From the IMG/VR virus record IMGVR_UViG_3300037225_000815, positions 75-64,074 of that record: DNA of 64,000 nucleotides. One strand, written 5' to 3'. Position 1 is the first letter of the stretch. The number at the start of each line of letters is the position of its first letter. Source of the stretch: a virus. Taxonomy: Duplodnaviria; Caudoviricetes. Positions 57,167-64,000 of the stretch are shown one piece after another. The translations under genes and the position numbers were made by a program. Below the pieces are notes generated by a model. The model did no database searches. It was not told the DNA's origin and saw only the letters and a list, made by a program, of their open reading frames with translations.

Positions 57167-57529
57167 GAGAACAGAGGAACTAAGACCTGCCAGGACTGTG
57201 TACGCAAGTGCGCAGTTCCTTTTGGATAATGTACGGCTGTTTAGCCCACACTAAACAGAAATTCATATTCATTGGTATGCACAGGAGGCATGAATGAAAG
57301 TGTTGAAGAGCTACTTAATAACCGACCTATCGTTCGAGGACAAGGAAAGGATATTCCAGGAGGCCAAGGCCGCCGGACACCAAGTGTATGTGACAACAAG
57401 GGACGCCACGCAATACATGGAAATAAGGGAGGGAACCAATGTCACTGGAAGCGACAAGAAAGCTGATACTTGACATCTGGAAGAAGGCACGACTGGACAT
57501 AGCAGCAAGACGCAAGAAGGAGAGGGCAC

Positions 57530-57781
57530 ATGGAAGAAAGACCAAAGCTAAAGCCAATCAGGCTGAATAAGCCGCTGTTCGACATGGTATCCTCGGGTAT
57601 GCCGGGGCAGACCGACAGCATGTCCGAATGGATGGAAGGCTTCAAGGAATGCTACATCTGCGGCAAACCGCACAAGAGGAAACATAAGACGTGCTCCGAG
57701 AGGTGCGAACGGGCGTACCTCGGAGACAGGGAGCTACGGGCCCAGATCTTAAGCGAGGTGAAAGCCAAGGAGGACAGATGA
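57530..57781 (+). CDS. Zn-ribbon protein
   Basis: CYICGKP...TCSERC. Confidence 0.6.
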   Translation: MEERPKLKPIRLNKPLFDMVSSGMPGQTDSMSEWMEGFKECYICGKPHKRKHKTCSERCERAYLGDRELRAQILSEVKAKEDR

Positions 57782-58059
57782 TAAAGGACAACGCAAGCCT
57801 GGCTGAAATCGTGAATAGCCTGCCGAAGGAACAACAGGAGGAGTTCCATAAGAGCGGACTGCACGGTGTCATCAGCAAGTTCGGCATCCAGTCGGAGGAC
57901 AGGAAGATTCTCAGGTGCGACATAGGGAACCTGATAATCGCCGACGACGTCAAGACATTGGTACACATCCCTATCAAGATAGACCTATTCAAGCCGGTGT
58001 TGCTTGTGGGGGCGTTCAAATGGAGGCTCTTCGACGACAACCTAGAAATCCACATCTAA
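57778..58059 (+). CDS. Hypothetical protein
   Basis: AAGGAGG SD; start MIKDNAS. Confidence 0.55.
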   Translation: MIKDNASLAEIVNSLPKEQQEEFHKSGLHGVISKFGIQSEDRKILRCDIGNLIIADDVKTLVHIPIKIDLFKPVLLVGAFKWRLFDDNLEIHI

Positions 58060-58075
58060 TACTGGGAGAATAACT

Positions 58076-61000
58076 ATGCACGTCCAAGTTGACGGAACGG
58101 TTATCAACATATCCCGGATGAAGCTCTCGGACAGGACGCTCGTAACTGTCGAGAGTACCGGGAACATATCGAGGAAGTTCGAACTTCCAATAATCGAGTA
58201 TCCCCTGATGGTGTCCAGGAATACGGTGGAATTCGCGCCAATTCACATGGACCCGTCGGAGCTCATCGTCATCAACAACCACATCACTGTCGACAAGAAC
58301 GGGATTATCAGGCTCAACGACGGCTCTTTCGAGAGCGCAAGCATCAAGAATGACGAGAAGGCCAAGAGGCTTCTGAAGAGGACGCTGATAGACCATCCGA
58401 TATGGGTGGACCAGTTCAGGGCACTGACTGGGAAAGCGACCGACAAGCACATCCTCTCCCTGGCTGCCGTAAGGCAGATATTCAGGAAGAGGTCGAGAAT
58501 ACCCAGGATCCAGAACGTATTCCAGGGGGAACTGAGGGTATGGCGCATCGTCGACAGGGAAGAGCTCATCTACCAGACCATCGTCAAGAAGGTCTACCAG
58601 ATGGTGTTCGAGAACCTGACTGAAAGCAGGGCGAAGTACGCCATCAGGAAGCTGAACATCTCCAAACAGGAGGCCATCTTCAACCTCATCCAGGCCAAGA
58701 CTGCGTCCCAGAAGGTCGAGATACCGTGGTCATCGCAGATGATACCGCTCCTCGAAGAGGCCTCCGGACTGGTCCCGAACGACACTCTACAGAGCGAGAA
58801 AGCCGGACTGGTAGTCGCGAAAGGAACGGTCGAGAAGAACGGAAGACGGTACTCATACGCCCAGAGCGTAAACCCATGGTTTGAGCACTGCTCCACCAAT
58901 AGGCAGGTGGTCGCCAAGTATGTCACCCAGATATGCATGCTGACCAACCACAAATGGAAGGAGATGCCCAAGCTGCTGGCCGCCCGGATGGCCTACATGG
59001 GATTCACTCCAGAGGACGGCTGCGTCATATCAGCATCGGCAGCGGAGAAGTTCAGGTGTATGCAGGTCGACATCGACCACATCATCGTGAAGAATCCCAA
59101 ACTGGAAGTGAGTTCCTGCGGGAACTTCGACCCGTACGACTACTCGGGTATCATGAGGACAAACGCCCCGTTCATCAACAGGGGAGTCCTGGGTACCTAT
59201 AACGACAGGAAGAAGGAGCTGAGGAGCAAGTACCATGGGATCATCACCAAGCTCGAAGTAGTACCTACCGAGGTGGACGACGAGTTCATGGTAGCGGTCG
59301 AGACCACATCGGTCATGAAGCTCGAGAAGGGCGACAAGCTGGCAGACCTCCATGGCAACAAGGTCACTATCGCAGAGATAATGGAACCGGGCGAGATGCC
59401 CCGTACCATCGATGGCTGGCCGGTCGACATCATAATCCCTCCGTACCTGGGCAAGCGGGCGTCAGCCAGTAGGCTGAAGGAAGAGGAAGACTCGCTACCG
59501 GGAAGGAACATACTGACCCTGGTCGACCCGGTCAACGACACATGCTACCCGAACATCAACGTCGGCAAGGTAGCTTACATCCGAATCTCCCAGCATGCCA
59601 GGAAGAAGCTCAACTACTCCAACAAGACCAAGACCAACTACATCGGCATCACTCCGAGGGGCTACGGCCTCTACACGTATGCCGACGCGATGTACCATAT
59701 GGAAGCCGTCGGAGCGGAAGGGCTCATCAGGGAGATCCTCAACCAGACGTTCAGCACCAACTCCCCTGAGCTCCTGAACGAACACCTCAAATGCATGGGA
59801 TTCGAGCTCGTAAAGGGCAGGATTACCGGCACCACGAAGACCCCGTTCTTCGAGGCCCCTGACAACGACATCGTCATCAACAAGGTGGTTGACCCGCGGA
59901 AGCTTCCGGAGGACCTGACAGGGACAGTTGTGGACCCCAGATTGCTCCATAACCACAGTTGGCTCCGCATTCCCCAGGGTATCGAGCTGACTTTCCACGC
60001 GCTCACCAGCGCCCTCAGGGCCCGTTCATACGACCACGAATACGTCGAGCACGTCCTTACGGAGGACTACTCGTGGATGTCCAAGTACGGGATAGGCTTC
60101 AAGCACCTGATGTCGGACGGCAAGAAGCAGATGTTCCTAAGGATACCGCCCGGCCTGCGGACTTGGCGGACACCGACCGACCTGACTACGCTGTCCGATA
60201 TCCAGCAGCAGCTGAACCAGATTCTGGTGCAGTTCCGCGGCTACGAATCGCATGCGGGCTCTCCCGCGGTATTCGGATTCATGCGGCGTATCAACCAGAT
60301 GATGAACAAGCTCATCGACAGCGTCTGCTCCAGGATATTCACCAAGAGCGGACTGCTGAGGAACACCATCCATCCAAGGGTCAAGTACGCGATGAACGCA
60401 GTGCTTGGGAGCAATCCCAGGCTGGAACTTGACATGTGCGAAATCCCATACGAAGCCGTCTACAGCTATCTGGAAGACGAGGATTGGAAGCGAGCATACA
60501 ACCTCCAGGACATCGAGGACCCGAGCATCGGCGAGATCAACCTGGCGTTCGAGAAGATGGACGCAAGGTGCCTGGTCAAGAGGAATCCGGTCCATCAGAT
60601 AAGGAACATCCTGGGACTACGGGTCAGAGTCCATAACGGACAGACCATCAACATCAACCCGGCGATCGTGAAGATGCTGGACGGCGACTTCGACGGCGAT
60701 ACGGGGATAGCCCTGATGCCGGTTACGAAGGAAGCCCAGGAAGACATCAAGAGGTTCGGCATCGAGAAGCATCTCAGCCACCTGATTACCAACAAGGACC
60801 TGGAAGGATTCACCGTCAAGGACACAATCCGGGAGAACGACCTGTCCATACAGAGGTGGTACTTCCACAACTCCGGGATATCCGAGGACAAGAAGGACAT
60901 CCGGAAGAGGTATGGCGAGAAGAAGGCTACGATGTTCCTCAAACTGTACAACGCCGACCTGACACAGAAGGAGCTGTTCGAGATGCAGGTGGACTCCGCA

Positions 61001-61564
61001 GTGGAGTTCAGCTACATGAAGAGTGCGACAGCGAACGCCGGCAACATCGGCAACCTCCTGAGGAACCTCATGTTCAGGCCGTACGGACGGCTGGGAATCA
61101 AGATAGCCAGCCATGTCTACCACGTACTGGCGCAGGCCGGACTGGACTGCAAGAACTCGATGACAGACAGGAAGGACCTGGAGAAGGCGTTCCGGGCGTT
61201 CAGGGATTTCAAGATGGACCATACGACGTTCGCATCAAGCCTCTCGGGCTTCTTCAAGCCGAGCATCATAGAGGCAGTCTGGAAGACGCTGACGAAGAAC
61301 GGCAGATGGGTCGGCAACATCACAAGAGTAATAGCCGAACGCATGCCGGTAGCCCACATCGTCAACTCCGGGAAGATTCAGGACCTCTACCTTGCCGCGC
61401 TGAACACTGAGCGTAACGTGTCCGAAGGCAGTTTCGTCGAGAAGCTGCTGACGTACATCGAACCGCGCCAGGACTTCATCATCAAGAAGGGCGTCGAAGA
61501 GGAAGAGGATACTATCGTCCTGTCATCCGAGATAGAGGTGACGGAAGAGGATCTGGAAGAGTAA
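58076..61564 (+). CDS. Compact fused beta-beta' DNA-directed RNA polymerase
   Basis: Beta motifs GFTPEDGCVISAS and GDKLADLHGNKVTI...MP..IDGWPVDIIIPP. Beta' motifs KSGLLRNTIHPRV, LVKRNPVH and INPAIVKMLDGDFDGD (DFDGD at 60686-60700). Confidence 0.88.
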   Translation: MHVQVDGTVINISRMKLSDRTLVTVESTGNISRKFELPIIEYPLMVSRNTVEFAPIHMDPSELIVINNHITVDKNGIIRLNDGSFESASIKNDEKAKRLLKRTLIDHPIWVDQFRALTGKATDKHILSLAAVRQIFRKRSRIPRIQNVFQGELRVWRIVDREELIYQTIVKKVYQMVFENLTESRAKYAIRKLNISKQEAIFNLIQAKTASQKVEIPWSSQMIPLLEEASGLVPNDTLQSEKAGLVVAKGTVEKNGRRYSYAQSVNPWFEHCSTNRQVVAKYVTQICMLTNHKWKEMPKLLAARMAYMGFTPEDGCVISASAAEKFRCMQVDIDHIIVKNPKLEVSSCGNFDPYDYSGIMRTNAPFINRGVLGTYNDRKKELRSKYHGIITKLEVVPTEVDDEFMVAVETTSVMKLEKGDKLADLHGNKVTIAEIMEPGEMPRTIDGWPVDIIIPPYLGKRASASRLKEEEDSLPGRNILTLVDPVNDTCYPNINVGKVAYIRISQHARKKLNYSNKTKTNYIGITPRGYGLYTYADAMYHMEAVGAEGLIREILNQTFSTNSPELLNEHLKCMGFELVKGRITGTTKTPFFEAPDNDIVINKVVDPRKLPEDLTGTVVDPRLLHNHSWLRIPQGIELTFHALTSALRARSYDHEYVEHVLTEDYSWMSKYGIGFKHLMSDGKKQMFLRIPPGLRTWRTPTDLTTLSDIQQQLNQILVQFRGYESHAGSPAVFGFMRRINQMMNKLIDSVCSRIFTKSGLLRNTIHPRVKYAMNAVLGSNPRLELDMCEIPYEAVYSYLEDEDWKRAYNLQDIEDPSIGEINLAFEKMDARCLVKRNPVHQIRNILGLRVRVHNGQTININPAIVKMLDGDFDGDTGIALMPVTKEAQEDIKRFGIEKHLSHLITNKDLEGFTVKDTIRENDLSIQRWYFHNSGISEDKKDIRKRYGEKKATMFLKLYNADLTQKELFEMQVDSAVEFSYMKSATANAGNIGNLLRNLMFRPYGRLGIKIASHVYHVLAQAGLDCKNSMTDRKDLEKAFRAFRDFKMDHTTFASSLSGFFKPSIIEAVWKTLTKNGRWVGNITRVIAERMPVAHIVNSGKIQDLYLAALNTERNVSEGSFVEKLLTYIEPRQDFIIKKGVEEEEDTIVLSSEIEVTEEDLEE

Positions 61565-61660
61565 ACGATTGTCCAAATGATTAGACAGCGTGTGGGGGAA
61601 GTTCCTCGCACGCTGTTTGTTTACCATCCGTTCATGGTTGTTGGCATATCAGGAGGGAAG

Positions 61661-61915
61661 ATGTTCAAGCCAGGAGATGAAGTTGAAGTCATGGACATGG
61701 AAGGAGTATGGCATAAGACAATAGTCAGCAGCGTCAACACAAACAGAGACAATGAGACTGTATACTGGGTCAAGCGCGGAGACTGGGGTGTCAACAGCCT
61801 ACCATTTCCGGGCGCCAACAAAGGTAATACCGACGTAGCCCATTCCAAATTCATCCGACTCTACCCGCTTACTCATACGGGCGATATGTTCAACACAGAA
61901 GTGAGGGAAGCATGA
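61661..61915 (+). CDS. Small SH3/Tudor-like protein
   Basis: MFKPGDEVEV...W; AGGAGG SD. Confidence 0.55.
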   Translation: MFKPGDEVEVMDMEGVWHKTIVSSVNTNRDNETVYWVKRGDWGVNSLPFPGANKGNTDVAHSKFIRLYPLTHTGDMFNTEVREA

Positions 61916-62250
61916 GCATAATAGGACAACTGCAATCAGTGATAGAGAAGCTCAAGGCACAAGTTATAGACCTGAAGGCCGATAACGCCACGGCACGCGA
62001 GGTAATCGAGAGCCTGTGTGGACAGTTTGCAATGCCGCTGGACAACCCTCCAAGGATAACAACTGCGGGATACAGCGACTTGAAGGCAGCATTCATGTTC
62101 CTTGGTTGGTCAGACCCGCATCCAATACCTGAACGAGGATGCCAATGGAAAGGATGCAAGAAGACCGCGACATGCGGGACTCCCTACAAGAAGGGATATC
62201 TCCGCGTCTGCGGAGACCATTTCAGTAGGATCAACAAGAAACGCAAATGA
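61912..62250 (+). CDS. Hypothetical protein
   Basis: Coiled N-terminus; CQWKGC...CGDH. Confidence 0.55.
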   Translation: MSIIGQLQSVIEKLKAQVIDLKADNATAREVIESLCGQFAMPLDNPPRITTAGYSDLKAAFMFLGWSDPHPIPERGCQWKGCKKTATCGTPYKKGYLRVCGDHFSRINKKRK

Positions 62251-62528
62251 CACCTAATGGAAGGAGAAACAGGATGGAAAGCAAGAGATTCCGTATCCTA
62301 CTGGACAAGGTGGAGAACATCTTCTATATCCAGGAGAGGAAATGGAGATGGTTCTTCGGCTGGAACGACTACTGGAAGACACATGTACTGCGCGGCCTCC
62401 AGGAAGAACTGGACATCGAATGCAGGGCGGAATTCAGTTCGGTCAGGGCCGCCAAGGAATACATACGGAAGCTCAAACTCAAGGAGAACGCAGCACAATT
62501 CGGCGACATGATCATCTGCGAACTATAG
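62247..62528 (+). CDS. Hypothetical protein
   Basis: FYIQERKWRWFFGW; the start may instead be the M at 62274. Confidence 0.55.
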   Translation: MTPNGRRNRMESKRFRILLDKVENIFYIQERKWRWFFGWNDYWKTHVLRGLQEELDIECRAEFSSVRAAKEYIRKLKLKENAAQFGDMIICEL

Positions 62529-62550
62529 AGGACTACAAATAACCAACTCA

Positions 62551-62754
62551 ATGGAGGTAACTGTGAAGTTGAGAACAGACCATGCAAAAGAACGAAGGGA
62601 ACGCACACTCAAGCGCCTCAAAGAGCAACTTGCATCGGGGAAGAAACCCTGGAAGAACATCAATGTCAAGGACGGCGCCACGCAGGAGGACCTGACTGAA
62701 GCCGACATCAAGAGGATCAAGAAGGAGATCGCGATCCTGGAAACACGGGTATAA
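62551..62754 (+). CDS. Small basic protein
   Basis: The start may instead be GTG at 62563 after GGAGG. Confidence 0.5.
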   Translation: MEVTVKLRTDHAKERRERTLKRLKEQLASGKKPWKNINVKDGATQEDLTEADIKRIKKEIAILETRV

Positions 62755-62763
62755 GGAGCAACC

Positions 62764-63111
62764 ATGAGAAAGATCAAGGAATTCGTCATCGAGAAGGGGA
62801 TGATCCTCAAGCGCAAGTCATGGGATATGAACCAGGCGGTAATCGTCCTGGAGAACCCCAGGATGGAGCCGAACAGGGAGAGCAAGAAGCCCACACATGA
62901 CTACATCTTCCCCTCCAACAACTACCGCGACAGGAACGAGAAGGAGCCGGCGACCCGCTGGTTCTTCGCCCACCCATGGTGCGGGGACAAATGGGTACGG
63001 GTAACCCCTCCCAAGGGCGGCAAGAAGAAGGAGAAGAGGAAGACGGCACCGACACCGGGAATCGGCGAGACGCTCGTCAAGTCGCTCGAAGCGACAGCCA
63101 CCCAGGCATAA
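62764..63111 (+). CDS. Hypothetical protein
   Basis: AAGGAG SD. Confidence 0.55.
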   Translation: MRKIKEFVIEKGMILKRKSWDMNQAVIVLENPRMEPNRESKKPTHDYIFPSNNYRDRNEKEPATRWFFAHPWCGDKWVRVTPPKGGKKKEKRKTAPTPGIGETLVKSLEATATQA

Positions 63112-63131
63112 CTAAATTCCCCCTATTTATT

Positions 63132-63172
63132 GGACCCGGAGGGAGCCCGCTAGGGAATCCGCTCCGGGTCTT
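63132..63172 (+). terminator. Terminator-like hairpin
   Basis: GGACCCGGAG...CTCCGGGTCT-TT. Confidence 0.5.
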
Positions 63173-63181
63173 TGGAATACT

Positions 63182-63541
63182 ATGAAACCGCTCTATACCA
63201 TACCGAAACAGTCCGGGAACGGACTGACCGCGTCACAAACAGCTCTGCTGAATGGTCTCCTTGAACATGGGGACATAATCAACACAGCAAGGAGCAGGCG
63301 TCCCAATCCAAGCATTACTTGGCCGGACCAGCCGATACATCCGACGATGTTCCCAGTAGCCAGGTTCATGAACGGAGAGCAGATCCCATTTGAACCAATC
63401 GGCGACGCGGAAAGGCTGGCGAAACAGGTGGAAACGCGACGAACCTGGCGGGGGATATTGGGTATATTGATACTGTTAGCTGGCTCCACGGCTCTCATAC
63501 TCGTCATAGCCAAATCGGTACATCTGCACATTGGAGGATAG
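63182..63541 (+). CDS. Protein with C-terminal TM
   Basis: ORF with a hydrophobic C-terminus. Confidence 0.5.
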   Translation: MKPLYTIPKQSGNGLTASQTALLNGLLEHGDIINTARSRRPNPSITWPDQPIHPTMFPVARFMNGEQIPFEPIGDAERLAKQVETRRTWRGILGILILLAGSTALILVIAKSVHLHIGG

Positions 63542-63820
63542 ATGAAGAAGGTATGGACGTACTACAAGCTAGTCCCATGCAACTTCCTGTCATTCGACAT
63601 CCGGGTCGATATCTCATGGATACCGACCATAAAGGAAGCGCTGAAGACCGCGAAGAAGCTGATGCGCGCCTACAACAACAAGTACCCGTCCGATTCAACC
63701 GCATTCATATCGGTCGACGAGCATACGCGTTCATCATTAGCAGCCATCAGCTATACGGAGAATGGCCTGGTACAGCAGAACCTGGTCAACAAGAACGACC
63801 TTGAGGAGAAGATAATATGA
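63542..63820 (+). CDS. Hypothetical protein
   Basis: GGAGG SD. Confidence 0.55.
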   Translation: MKKVWTYYKLVPCNFLSFDIRVDISWIPTIKEALKTAKKLMRAYNNKYPSDSTAFISVDEHTRSSLAAISYTENGLVQQNLVNKNDLEEKII

Positions 63821-64000
63821 ACATCGAGAAAGTGATAGCTTTCCTGGAGACATGCAAACGGCCGCACTACTACTGCGACGACTGTTGGTATTCATGCCCG
63901 AAACACCCGGAAGGGTGCTGTGACGACAGCCTACCAAGCAAAGAATGCACCTGCGGCGCCGACGAATTCAACAGGAAGGTCGACGACTTCATAGCCAAAC
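63817..64000 (+). CDS. Cys-rich protein, truncated at the window end
   Basis: ATGA overlap; MNIEKVIAFLETCKRPHYYCDDCWYSCP. Confidence 0.5.
   Translation, partial: MNIEKVIAFLETCKRPHYYCDDCWYSCPKHPEGCCDDSLPSKECTCGADEFNRKVDDFIAK

Larger units (their letters stand above)
44437..57224 (+). repeat. Dispersed hairpin element (A)CTGCG-Nn-CGCAG-N8-R, 24 copies
   Basis: Spans (5' arm to purine): 44437-44450 and 44691-44704 (3' arm only), 44998-45028, 45144-45180, 45418-45446, 45937-45969, 46208-46243, 46537-46570, 46750-46782, 47240-47275, 47556-47590, 48682-48715, 51297-51326, 51758-51793, 51991-52024, 52337-52373, 52537-52572, 52850-52878, 53326-53360, 53683-53724, 53726-53856, 53938-53985, 56619-56653, 57193-57224. 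Confidence 0.92.

Noticed and set aside
44437-57224. Hairpin repeats as a CRISPR array
   Set aside because: Spacing is irregular (about 100 bp to several kb), units contain whole genes, loops vary, and no cas genes are seen.
44437-57224. Hairpin repeats as integron attC sites
   Set aside because: No RYYYAAC/GTTRRRY ends and no tyrosine recombinase in the window. The fixed N8-purine tail and GNRA loops fit transcription or RNA better. Not fully excluded.
44998-57224. Classical RNase III sites as in T7/SPO1 early regions
   Set aside because: Most stems are only about 6-13 bp, and the conserved position lies 8 nt outside the stem, whereas RNase III cuts within longer duplexes.
1-64000. Stop-codon reassignment
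   Set aside because: Genes are long and intact under the standard code, and no suppressor tRNA is present.

Overview
A 64 kb segment of a large tailed (myovirus-like) phage genome with two divergent arms. The minus strand (1-40.2 kb) is the virion/late arm: three tail-tube-like paralogues, tail sheath, neck/Ig-like proteins, major capsid, prohead protease-scaffold, portal, terminase, putative internal virion proteins, a sigma70-type factor, a glycosyltransferase/methyltransferase block, two GIY-YIG homing endonucleases, six tRNAs and five near-consensus sigma70 promoters. The plus strand (40.8-64 kb) is an early/accessory arm. Near its start is a single-chain double-psi-beta-barrel polymerase of the YonO/cellular-RdRP type (888 aa, RSPH...DCDGD); further on is a second, compact beta-beta' fused RNA polymerase (1162 aa, GDK...HGNK...DFDGD). 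Between the two polymerases I counted by eye 24 copies of a conserved element: a (A)CTGCG...CGCAG hairpin followed by exactly 8 mostly pyrimidine bases and then a purine. It sits in front of many small genes and of several structured non-coding segments. This polymerase plus hairpin-array arrangement is the best candidate for an undescribed system. All protein calls come from motif recognition only; no database searches were run.
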